DNA of 64,000 nt from Camelus dromedarius (Eukaryota): assembly GCF_036321535.1 (NCBI RefSeq), contig NC_087438.1, forward strand, positions 5,334,001 through 5,398,000, given 5' to 3'. A program made the translations under genes and the position numbers. Positions 50,501-62,115 of this stretch are shown in pieces. Under the pieces are notes generated by a model. That model was not told where the DNA came from and ran no database searches. It saw nothing but the letters and a program-made list of their open reading frames with translations. The first letter of the stretch is position 1. Each line of letters begins with the position of its first letter.

Positions 50501-53274
50501 AAAGTCTTAAGAGCAGTGAGTTCCTGGCATGCGGTAAACACTCAGTTTTAGTTATCGTTTGAACAAGTGTCCCAGACTTCCGCAAAACTTGAGAATCACT
50601 GCGCCCTGGAATTTGTCAGTAGCTGTCAAGGAAGACATCTTCCCACCAGATTTCAGGGCCTGAGCAGAGTGGACAGCCAAGGACATAATCACTTTGCCCC
50701 GTATCTGCACCCGCCAGCACCCACCGCCTCAGCTCCTTGTCCGTGGGGCAGGCTGAGTTCTCACCACTTCTGAATGTAGAGACCAGACCAGGGTTATTTT
50801 TAGAGCATGTGGTAGACAGGGTCTCAGCTTTCAGTCCCCCAGTAAAGGTGAACGTTCTGTGGTTTTCTGGAACACTCCTTGGAAACGTGACACATGACCT
50901 CAGGCAGGACCCACCTTTAACAAAGAGCCTTCTGGTGTGTCCTCTTGATTCCCTTGCCCTCTGCAGGCACATACAGAGGAAACTCATTTCCCTTCAGAAG
51001 TAGGAAGGGAAGAATGATTTGATCGCAATAATTCCAGAAAGATATTTATTTTGATTTAAAGGTGTTCCCTACGCCTGTGTTCCGGGCCTGTGGGCAGAGA
51101 GCTGCTGCTGTTTGCAGGTGCCTTTCTTCCTGCCCCAGGGCATTTGTTTTACTCAAAACTTTCTCAAGCTTCTCCATCAGCGGCTGAGCATCCTGGCCAG
51201 GTCCAGGCCCACAGGTCATTCCCGCCCCGGGGCCAGAGCTCTGTGCGCCCAGATGGCGCCTGCTGTTTTACAAAGCCTGCTCCCAGGACTGCTGTGTCCT
51301 GGCAGAAATGTGTCTGAGAGGCCCCTTGAGCATACATCCAAGCTAGCTCTCATCACTTGTTGAAAAGACTGTGTTGTGTCACCACTGGTCCTTTGGCTGA
51401 GTCCCCAGGGGAAAGGATTGTGTGTGATTTGGAGCCAGGCAGCCTCATTCCGGGAGAGCTGAGGCTTGATCAGAACAAGACGCAGATGTCACTGGGGTCC
51501 GGGGGAAGTCCAAAACAGTTCCCCTTCCCAGCGAACCCTCCCACCCCCAGCACCCAGGTGGGTCCCTTAACCCATTCCTTATAGAGCCAGGCTAGAGCAC
51601 CATGGGTCTTAAGAGATGCTTTAATGCTTTCTAATTATCTGACTCCCCTGAATAAACTAGGCATTGGCTGACAACTGGGGATGGGGTGCCCAGCAGTTAG
51701 CACCCAGGCCACCTGGGGGCAGTATGACAGGTGGGAACGCCTCCTCACTATGGCCTGAGTCAGCAAGAGAAAGCGCTGGCCCTGGAGTTTGGAGCCCTGA
51801 GCACTGGCGGTGGTTCTGGCAGTTTCCTAGGGCACACAGAGCAGACATCTCCACGGCTGGAGTCAGCAGCGCTCATCACACTTTGTTCTCCTGTTCTCTT
51901 ATCTGGTCTCTCTCTCCAGCTAAAGTGTAAGCTCTTTAAGGCAGGGCTTGAATTGTCCTCTGTGTCCCTGACACCTGGTGTGAAGCCTGGCACGCGGCAG
52001 TTGCTCGTGGTGGGGGGTGGGGCTTTGTGGGTCAGCCTGTGACCCCAAGAGACAGTAGGTCTCGTATTCCCAAGGTGGCGCACAACAGCGTGCAGAATTT
52101 ACAGATGCAAGCACTGTGCAAGTCTCAGCCCTTCGCTCTCAGAGACACGAGAGCCAGGAGAGTAGAGGCTGGAAGGTGGATTTTGGACAGAATGTAGTGA
52201 GAGGTAGCCTGCATCTAGCAGGACTGTGGGGAGTCACCCCTTCACCTCTGACCTCGTAAATGGACCAGACCTGCTTAGCTTGGGATGTGTACCTTGCACC
52301 TTGGATCCCTGTGTAGTCCTAGGGAATCAGCTCCATCTGGGGGACACAGATGACAGGCAGCTCCTGACAGGTGGGAGATGCAGGGGGTGGGGGCTGATTG
52401 AAGGTCCAGGACAAGAGAGTTGGGGGCTGCAGGAGGGGATGTAATGGGACTGTGAGGGTTTTAGAGGGCAAAGCACACCGAATGTTCCCAGGGATTGAGC
52501 AAGAGAGAGAGAGTTGGCATGGGGTCATTTTAAATACTGTTTTGCAAAGCTGCTTGGAGAGGTGAATGGGCCACAGCAGAGAAGCTAGAAGACTAACCAG
52601 AGAGCTGGGGGCAGAGAGAGAGGTCACGAGTAGGCGGGGAGTGCATCGTCCACATCAGGGGAACCTCAGCCAGAAATCCTGGGATGGGGGGAATGACAAG
52701 GAGTCTTCAGTCACCCAGGAAATTGTTCACCAGAGTTAGGTTCCCAGGGAACATGATGCAGTTAATGGGACACTTCCCTCCTCCAACAGACACTTCCTTC
52801 TTCCTCTGTTCTCCACCCCTGGGTGCTTTGGAAAACCTGGCCAATGAGCTGGGGAGGGTCAGGGTGGAAGCATGAGGAGGAGAGAGAGTAGAAGCCAACC
52901 CTGCCCCTCCCACCCTGCAGACACCCCCCCCCCCACCGCAGGCCCACGCTGGGGAGGTCGAGGGCCAGACATTCAGTCGGGATCTGATTTTTGACTTCTT
53001 GTTGGACTAGACACTTAAATTATTGACGAGGGGACTCATATTACCCATGAAGAACAAGAAGTGTCATGACGGTGTTCCAAGTTTTCATCCAGAGTTGGGG
53101 AAAAACTAGTCCCACTCAATAAACTGAAAAGGACAGTGGGCACAGAAATGCAGTTGCTTAGTGATTGTTCTTCCATTACTTGAGCTCTTTGGACAGAATG
53201 GTTACATGTGAGTGAATGTTGAATGCCGTCTAAGCTTCCTTCCAGTTCCAAAGCTCATCAATGCTTCCTGGCAG

Positions 53275-53325
53275 CTGTGTGCTGGATGAGAGTCACCTGT
53301 GCACTGGATGAAGGTCACCTGTGCT
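53275..53325. repeat. Imperfect tandem duplication (about 22-bp period)
   Basis: ctgtgtgctggatgagagtcac / ctgtgcactggatgaaggtcac / ctgtgc. Confidence 0.7.
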
Positions 53326-55640
53326 AGACCCTGAATTCCAAACTCTCCTCAAAGGCTTCCCACCTGCCCTGCCCCCACCCTCAGATCCTCTAGAAGTAGA
53401 AAAGAAGCTCAGGTCATCAACCAATCAGCTTGTGGTCCTCTCTGGCCCCAAGCCCAACCCGAAGACCTGAGGGAACCTCACATGAGTTTATTTAGGGTAG
53501 GGCTCTAAGCCCTGCAGGTTTCATTGGCTCTAATGAATTTGTAAAGCTTCCTATTTGTGAGGTTCCCCTGATTCTCAAGTGCAGTCTTGTGGAATACCAG
53601 AGCCAGGGACCAGGGGCTCAGAGATCCCCACTCACCCTTGGTGTTTCTCTGAGGGTTTGCAGCCTGCAGTCCGAGCCCCCAGCAGCGCTTGGAGCCTGCA
53701 GAGTGCCAGACCAGGACTCCAGAGGTTAGTCCTGGCCCCTCAGCCAACAGGAGACTTGGTGTGTCTTCTAACTCCCCTGAACTTCCATTTCCTCGTTTGT
53801 CCTGTGGTTCTTAATGAAGGCTGCACAGCAGGATAACCCATGGAGCATCTCAAAAAGCTGCCCAGGCTTGGAGCTCACACCAGGGGCAGGGTTCAGCTGG
53901 TCACTGGGGAGGCCTGGGTCGCATTTCCTTGAAAGCCCCACTGGTGACTCTCCCAGGCATTCTTATTTGAAGATCATGGAAAGAGATGATGCATCAGACC
54001 CCTTTCAGTGTCAACAACCTAGGTGTTCTGGGGCAGGAGTTCAGAGGACAATGCGAGAGTGTCAACCTGAAGATGTTTGACTGGACTTGAACCCCAGGTG
54101 GTTAAAACCAGCCCGCGTGTCCAAACTGCCAGTTCAGTCTTGCGTTTCATTATCTCATCTCCAGACATTCTTGACGACCCCAGGGGAAAGGAGAAGGGCA
54201 AAGTGACATGACCTGCAAGTGAATCTAGGCCCCCGTTGCCCTAAATCCAGGCAGCACATCTCTGCTCATCTAGGAGATGCAGGGTGCTCTGTCAAGTGCA
54301 GCATCTGTGAAAGTGAACTCTGCAGTCAGATGGGATAACTGCGACCTTGGGCGAGTAACGCGACTGCTCTGTGCGTAGTTTCCCTGTCTGCAGATTGAGA
54401 ATAAAAGGAAAGGCTTGCCGTCAGGGGCAAGTTAGTGCTTGGAGAGTGCTGGGAAGCGTGCACATCCTGCCATGCAGCGGGCACTCACGCAGGGCTGGTG
54501 ATTTTCGTGTGTGTTCTGGACATCATCACCGTTCCCCAGAGGGTCCCTCCGGCTGACGTCAGCAGACACTGGGGAAATGCAGGGAACAGCATATATATAT
54601 CCTTGCCTTCTTTTCATTAAGAATAGGGAAGTCACTGGCATTCATGCTACTCCTGTGAAACTGGCATTTTTAACTAGAACAGGCTTCTAGGATTTTCTGT
54701 CTCCCCTGTTGCGCTGCCACCCTGGCTTAGCCAGTGTCACTGGAACCTAAACTTGGCAATGACACGTGCCACCAGCTGTTTTCACAGGAGATGAGCATTC
54801 ACAAAAACAATGTTTCAGAGAGAGGAAGTGCAGGTCTGCACAGAGAGCCAGCTCACCCACGCTGACAGCAGCGTAGAAAAGGAAGACCTTGATTGTATTG
54901 CTCATGTGTCTTATACCGACAGTGAGGCAGAGGCAGAGGCAGAAGGCGTCACAGGCTGGCTGGCCCTGAGAACAGGAGGAAGATGAGTCTAGCTTTTCCA
55001 GGAAGTAGTCGTGACCTGCCATGGGTCGCTGTGTGTTGAGACCTCAGTGGAGGAAGGATGGTTCTTCTGAGAGGGCATCGCACCTCGGAGTGTGGTGCTT
55101 GGAGTGCAGTGCAGTGCTCGCTCCCTGCCAAGGGATTCTTCTCAGTGCCCTGGAGAGCAGAGCACACGGGTCACATTCACGCAGGGTGGATGCCCTCACT
55201 CTGCCCAGCACACAGGAAGCGCCAGTCACTAGCGTTCTTTCGTCCACTCAGAGGTCGCCATCCTGTTTAGCAGAACTGTCCCCCCTTTCCTGGTAGGGGG
55301 GGGCCTTTCCCAGGTGTCTGGCACCCACATTGGCACCTGGCCACTCCACCCATGTCAGACCATGCGAGGGCCCCAAGGAGCCAGCACCCATGGGAGAGCA
55401 GACCCCCACGCCCACATGGCCACCCTTCCTTTCTGAAATCTCCACTGAACTTGAAGGTTTCACTGTATGTTGGGAAAATCATGGAAACACCATTTCAGTT
55501 ATGGACACTGTAATTTTACTCATGCCTATGGACGAAGAGCCGTGTGCCTCTTTCTTTTTAAAAACAAAAGGATATCCTGAGCATTATTATTGGTGTCTAA
55601 TACGATGTGGGTAAGTAGTCTGAGGAATTTCACTAGGTCT

Positions 55641-56230
55641 TACATCCAGAGGAAGCTCTGATTCAGAAGGATACTTGCACCCCAGTGCTCATGGCAGCAG
55701 TGTTTACAACAGCCAAGACATGGAAACAACCTAAGTGTCCATCGACAGATGGCTGCATAAGGAAGTAGTGGTGTATTTACAATGGAATACTACTCAGCCA
55801 TGCAAAAGTAAAAGAATGCCATGTGCAGCCAGAAATTTCTGTAAGCCAGAAAGAGAAAGAAAAGTGCTATGTACCACTTATATGTGGAATCAAAAAAGAA
55901 AAAAGAGGACACAAATGAACTTATTTACCAAACAGAGACAGACTCACAGATGTAGAAAACAGACTTTTGGTTACCAGGAAAGTGGGAAGGGATACCTTGG
56001 GAGTTTAGGATTTGTAGATACTAACTACTAGATATAAAGTGGAGAAACGAGGTTCTACTGTACAGCACAGGGAACTATATTCAATGCCTTGTAATGGCCT
56101 ATAACGGGAAAGAATATGAAAAGGAATATATATATATATATATATACACATGTATATAAATAATCAGTGTGATCTACACCAGAAATTAACACCACATTGT
56201 TAAATCAACTATACTTCAATTTAAAAAAAA
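55641..56230 (+). mobile_element. Artiodactyl/camelid-type L1 3' portion, sense, with an internal (TA)n
   Basis: 'cagccaagacatggaaacaacctaagtgtccatcgacagat', 'atgaacttatttaccaaacagagacagactcacaga', 'cagcacagggaactatattcaa' and poly-A. Confidence 0.92.
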
Positions 56231-56666
56231 AGAACTTGGTGGGTTTTAGCCGCTCCTTTCAGCAGACACTAAGAAGGAAAATTCATGAAGCCTTCACTCC
56301 AAAAGCTGTAGCCATAAAGAGTCACTTCAGTACAGTAGTTGGGATGTCATTTGCTGAAGCCAGGAGCCTTTGGTCTCCTGTGATTGTCTGAGGGAGGGAA
56401 GCAGAGAGGTTTACGTGCAGGGGCGCCTCCTACTAACAGGTGGAAACGGGGAGTGCAGGGTGTGGGTTCTGAGCCCGCACCCCGCTCGCTGGAAGCCTTG
56501 ACCTGTGATCAGTGGCCGGTGTCTAGAATGGCCTGGGACTGCGGTGGGGCCGGGGGACTGGGCCCTGGCTGACTCCTTTACCAGCCCTAAGTTAAGGAAA
56601 CTCTTGGATGAAGAGCCTGTGTGTTGAAAAGTTTCCTGGTGCTCAGCTCTCCTCTCCCCCCGGCAG

Positions 56667-56813
56667 GAGTTATACCACCAGTCCTACGACTGCGTCTGCG
56701 TCATGTTCGCCTCTATTCCGGATTTCAAAGAGTTCTATACGGAGTCAGACGTGAACAAGGAGGGCTTGGAATGTCTCCGGCTCCTCAACGAGATCATCGC
56801 TGACTTTGATGAT
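56667..56813 (+). CDS. ADCY2: ADCY2 coding exon (exon 21 equivalent), start of the C2a catalytic domain
   Basis: Acceptor ctctccccccggcag. 147 nt, [49 protein letters not shown]. Donor GTAGGT. Confidence 0.98.
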
Positions 56814-58543
56814 GTAGGTACTTCAGAGTTACCCTTGATGGGCGGGGGGAAGCCCCAGGCCCACACGCTGGCATTCCTGTGGGCTGGCAAGCCTGAAGTT
56901 AGCCCAGTATCTTGGAATATCTTAAACTTGCCTTTTGGCCTAATCTCTGGTGTTGGGCATTAAAGCTTTTTGCTGTGTTCAGGTCACTGAGTCGTTGGGG
57001 TGAGGCAAACACATACTATTTTTAAAGCTAGCATGAGTGCTAGGAACAACTACCAGCATCCGGTCAATAAATATCTACCCAGTGTGCACATGGATTTTCT
57101 TGAAAGGCTTGAAGTCCAAGGAAAATACTCGCTCATCTCTTTATATGTAAAAAGATAATGAATATATTTATCACAGTAGATTATTGGCATGTCTGTCAGA
57201 TATCAACCTAAAGGGGGCGTGGGTGGCATCCTTTATTATTGAAAACCAATAGGCATGGGGTGAAATGTATTTTAGAAGGGACAAAATGAATGTTTTAGAT
57301 TCTGAAATAGATGTCATTTCTCAGTGTTCAATTTTCTGCCTACAAAGGCAACAGCGCATTTCGTGTTCTAGTAAGAACAAACAGACCTCTCTCTGGTTTT
57401 GAGGATGTTGCTACCACACCATTCTTAACAATATTGTGCAAATATAGGAAAATTGACATCCGTGAACATAGCTTCATCGTGATTCGTGGAACTTTGAAAT
57501 ACAGTGATGAAACTGCATCATATGATGGTTTCAGGCCAACCTTCTAAATGTCTTGTGGGACCTGTGCATTTCTCACTGCTGCTGTCGCCATGAGGTTAAC
57601 TCAAGGCTCTTGGTGAAGTAATGACACTAGACATTTCCACTCGTATGCCCCGTTCATAGTGGAAAACGGTGGCACGTTTGCTCCAGCTGCCGCTCAGTAG
57701 AATAAATGTTCTCCAGTACCAGGGGGTGAGTGACAGTGTTTGTTCAGGTTGGCCTGGCTCAGGGACGTGTGACAGTGGGCTTTATCACCTATCTTAGATT
57801 CTCTAACGTGTGATCTGGAAAGAATCTCCTCTGAGAGCCAGGTACCAAGGAAGGGTCAGGAAGATGCTCCCAGCCTTCTGTTAATGCCATTCTTCTCCTG
57901 AGCAGACACAGAATCTTTCAGAGTTTCCCTCATGTGTTCTCCCACCCAGTCTTTCTCTTCCCTACGGCTTCTATTTTGACCTTTTCTCCGTCCCCTAACG
58001 AAGTGGATGGGGAGGAGCCCAGTAGGAAGCTGGTTACTGATGCCAGAAACTGGGACAAAGGTTATTAGGGTGAGGGCTGGTGGGGGAAGCCACTCTAGAT
58101 CTCTGTTCCTTCCACTCCCAGTTTCCAGAGAGCGAAAGCCAGTCCTCAGCACTGCAGTTGGGCGTACATTACCATCACCATGCAAGGAAGACCCCACTCA
58201 CTGAATCCTGCTTTTATATTTAGGCCTTTCAGACACAGAGGGGGAGATTTATTTGTGGTCATTATCACCCACATCATCATTTATCCTATTTCCTTCAGTA
58301 GCAAATTCTGAAAGGTAATTCATGTGAATTAGAAGCAAATCATTGTACCGCAGTTCCTTCCAAGGACACGCTCTTTGTGAAGTGCATGAAGTGCTCTTTC
58401 CCAGTGAAGCCCAAGGTCGAAGGGTGAATAGGCGTGTCAGGTTCACACTACTGTGAAACTGGAATTTGGGAACGCCTCTAGAACGTGCGTGGCCTTGGGT
58501 CGGCACCCGGTGGAGTAACCAGATGATTGTCGTTGCTTCCCAG

Positions 58544-58651
58544 CTGCTGTCCAAGCCGAAGTTCAGCGGAGTTGAGAAGATCAAGACCATCGGCAGCACG
58601 TACATGGCAGCGACGGGTCTGAGCGCCGTGCCCAGCCAGGAGCACGCCCAG
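58544..58651 (+). CDS. ADCY2: ADCY2 coding exon (exon 22 equivalent), C2a catalytic domain
   Basis: Acceptor gcttcccag. 108 nt, LLSKPKFSGVEKIKTIGSTYMAATGLSAVPSQEHAQ, containing the conserved EKIKTIGSTYM cyclase motif. Donor GTACAG. Confidence 0.98.
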
Positions 58652-59535
58652 GTACAGACAGCGGCCCGCGCCTGAGCCCCGGCCCCGCACACAGGGCGCC
58701 CGAGCCACAGCCAGAACCGTCAGGCAGGCAGCGAGTGACCCACCAACTGTGTCGCAGGCACGAGCTCAGCCTCAGGGATTAAGGGCTCATGAGAAAAGAT
58801 GAGAATCCGGAAGGCTTCCGAGGGTCTGTTCGCAGAACTCCTTTCTCTGGCGGACAAGGTGGCAAAAACCAGCCAATCCCATAGCTGCTCGACACCAGAT
58901 AAATACACAGGAAAGTCGCTTAGAGCTGTTTACATAAAGGTGACTCGTTACAGGGGGGCTCCTGGTCTTCTGATTTAAAGCAGTGTGGTCGGAAAACAAG
59001 CTGACCGCCTCGAAATTTGGTTGAAAAGGAAATTTGGAGAAAATTGAGCATCACCTAGGGCTTTTGAGGATTTTGTGTCAGGTTGTGTTCTGTTTCTGAG
59101 TGTGTGGGTGGGTGTATGCTTGGGAACTCGTGGGTCAACAAACAAGACGTGCCTTTCCCCTCAGGACGGTGGGCTCCCTGCCCGGCACCCGCTCGCCTCC
59201 CGTGGGGCTGAGGCGGTGGGCGCCGCACAGAGGAACAGAACTTTCCAGAGCACAGCTTGCTGTAGGCAGGTGGAGTCCCCCAAAGGGAGGACGAGCTCAG
59301 CCCCCACGTGCCCAGCTTGCCCCCCACCCCCACCGCCCACGGCGGGGCAGCAGCTTGCTCCAACAGGGCCGCCCCTCCACGAAGGTCAGGAGACCGTCCT
59401 CTTCCCTCTTAATATTCTGGGCCAGAGGCTGGGCCGGGAGACATCCGCGTCACAGTTAACACCGGTATTTTCCCAAGTGAACAGGGTAATATGTATTCCA
59501 TGTCCTCTCCTCAGGCGTTCGCTCCCAGATTATTA

Positions 59536-59774
59536 TTTTTTCTTTTTTTTTAATTTTATTTTTTATTGAAGTGTAGTTGATGTACAGTGTTAGTTTCAGG
59601 TGTACAGCAAAGCGATTCAGCTGAACATACACATACATTTATACATACATATATTTTCAGATTCTTTACTATTATAGTTTATTTCGAGACATTGAATATA
59701 GTTCCCTGTGCTCTACAGCAGGTCCTCGTTATCTGTTTTATATATAGTAGTGTGTATCTGTTTATCCCAGACTC
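59536..59774 (-). mobile_element. Artiodactyl/camelid-type L1 3' end, antisense, with TSD
   Basis: Poly-T, 'attgaagtgtagttgat...cattgaatatagttccctgtgct...atcccagactc'. TSD GATTATTATTTTT (59528) / GATGATTATTTTT (59775). Confidence 0.9.
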
Positions 59775-60229
59775 GATGATTATTTTTCAATGCACTACTT
59801 CAGGGATAAAGAGAAGAAACAGGCAGTAAGGTAAACCTGGGAAGAACCCATCTCAGGCCCTAAGCAGCGCCCTTAAGCGGGCGCCCCTGTTTACGTGGGG
59901 TTGTGTATCTTTAAGGGTTGGGTTTTTATTGCCAGAATGTTAAAGTGTTGAAAAACTGCTGGGAATTTGTAAAATAAAGGTATTAAAATGCACAACATTA
60001 TTTTAATTTCAAATATCTTATTTAGACTCCAAGCAGAACTAATTCTGTTTTTACTTTCCTGGCTTTAGTAGAGGAAAACATACTTTTCAACACCTTAAAT
60101 AATCTGGAAAAAATTATCCGTTAAAAGAGTAACATAAAATTATGTGTACAGGGAGGGACGTATCTTCTGTTGCCATGGGCTCTCAGATGCTCAGCACAGC
60201 CCTGTCAGAACCTGGTTCAGGAGTCGGCC

Positions 60230-60445
60230 CAGGGCCGTACTAAACCCCGCAGGTTGGACAGCTTAAACGACAGAGATTGGTTTTGTCAGAGCTCCGGAGC
60301 TGGAGGTCCCGGATCGAGGCCCTGCGGGCAGGGCTCCTGGTGAGGGCGCTCTTCCTGGCTTGAGAGAGAGAGAGGGAGGGAGGGAGACCTTGTGGGTAGG
60401 ACTTCAAGATAGGAATTCGAGGGGGGCACAGTTCAGTTCACAGCC
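60230..60445 (-). mobile_element. MLT1A-like MaLR LTR fragment
   Basis: 'gcttaaacgacagagatt...ctccggagctggaggtcccggatcgagg...ctcctggtgagggcgctcttcctggcttg...taggacttcaagataggaattcgagggggg'. Confidence 0.7.
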
Positions 60446-60489
60446 TTGTCTTTATTGAAATTTCAGTATTTTAGTTCATTCTGGAATCT

Positions 60490-60619
60490 TCTGCATTAAC
60501 GTTGATTTTCTAACCATGCGGTAGGGTACTCTTTCTTATGATTTTGAGCTTTTGGGTGTCCCCTTAAATTCTGCACCTGAGGCGAGTGCCTCACTCTCTT
60601 TGCCCTCATCCCAGCCCTG
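60490..60619. mobile_element. hAT (Tip100/MER96-like) DNA transposon end
   Basis: 'ccccttaaattctgcacctgaggcgagtgcctcactc...ccctcatcccagccctg' ends in a CAGGG-type terminal inverted repeat. Family assignment from memory. Confidence 0.5.
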
Positions 60620-62039
60620 ACCCAGAGGCCTCTCCAGCTCATCTCCCCTCCTGTGGGCCACCTGAGGCACCTGACCCAGTCACCCCACCTCCAGACCTTA
60701 GCTCCCGACAGCCTTGGTGAGGATCCGCAGAGGCACCAGCACATGAGACCCACCCAGCACTCGGGGTCTGTGGGGGGGTCCATCCTCCATCATCCCTTCA
60801 GTCTACCGTGTCCGCCTGTCTCCCTGATCCTGACTCTGCCTCCACAAGACTCTGGTCTCCTAGATCCTCACCCAGTGTCTCCAGGCCTGTTCTCACCCTT
60901 CCCTAATTTTTTGCACAGTTTTTGGATGGATAGCCCTCATCCCTGACCCTCACCAATGCTGATGTCAGACATTCCACTCTTAAAGGTCAGGAAGCACTTC
61001 CAAATTCCAAAATCCAAGTCGGATTGCATTCCATCTGTTGCCTCTCATAGAGCCGGTGGCCGCCTCCTCTGGGAAGTCCTCTCCCGCTCAGCTTCCAGGC
61101 CCTTCACTTTCATGCATCCTCCTGCGGTCCTCCTCTGCTGACATGTCCCTGTTCTCTTCCCAATCCCTCCTCTCCATCAGGGATCTCAAGTAAGACTTGG
61201 TCTACCCACCTGTGTATTCACCCCTGCCCAAACCATCATCCACCTTCCTCGCCATCGGGCCACACTGGGGTCTCACATTTCCAGCTTTCCAGGGACACCC
61301 AGCTCTCTGACACCACCCACACCTTCTTGTCCTCTCCACTCCCAGGGCAGGGGCCCCCTGACCCACGTCCTCCCTCTCCCTCCAGTGTCCTCACCAGCCC
61401 TCAAACATGCACTGTGCTTTTGTGCCAAGCAACACCAAGGTCTACTCAGATGGCCTTCAGGCCGGGTGCACCCACCACCTGTATCAGAGCCACCTGTGCT
61501 GGTTGCTGGGCGTGGTCTCCAGACACCTAGGAGTGGGGGTGGGAGCTGGAAAGCCCATTTCTGCAGTTTCCCCAGGCGATTCTGATGTGAGGGGGAGACA
61601 CCCTGTTTTCAGATCTCACCCAGCAGCAGCGCCACGGCTCCCTCTTTCATAGGAGCCTCTCCTGCACCCTGACCGGGGGAGCCTTGCCTCACCCGACTTC
61701 CTGTGTCTAGACCCTGTTTCCTTTCCTCCCACGTGCTTTCCTGCTTACCTGTCGATGTGCGTTGCTTATCCAACAACCAGGTTGTAGCAGGTGCCGGGTC
61801 TTATGCGGTGTTCCCAGAGTCCCCAGCAGGGGGCTCTGTGCAGAGAGATTGGACGTGCGGTTCCATGAATGATCAAGTGCGTGCCGCCCTACTCCCCGGA
61901 ACAGCATCTCACATCCCTCACTCCGTTGTACAGACCTGCTCCTCCAGTGCAAACCTTCTCCTTTTTCTCCTGCCGTCTTTGAACACTTACTAAGTGCCTC
62001 TGGAGTCTTTACCTTAAACAAGCGTAGGAGACGCCCCAC

Positions 62040-62115
62040 CCCGGCCCTTTCTGCAGAAGGAGAAACTGAGGCACAGCAATGCAGTAGCTTGCCCAAGATT
62101 GTAGAGAGAACAGGC
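62040..62115 (-). mobile_element. MIR fragment
   Basis: 'tttctgcagaaggagaaactgaggcacagcaatgcagtagcttgcccaag'. Confidence 0.7.

Noticed and set aside
56664..56669. NAGNAG acceptor (CAGGAG) at exon 21
   Set aside because: Distal GAG acceptors are rarely used; no evidence beyond the motif.
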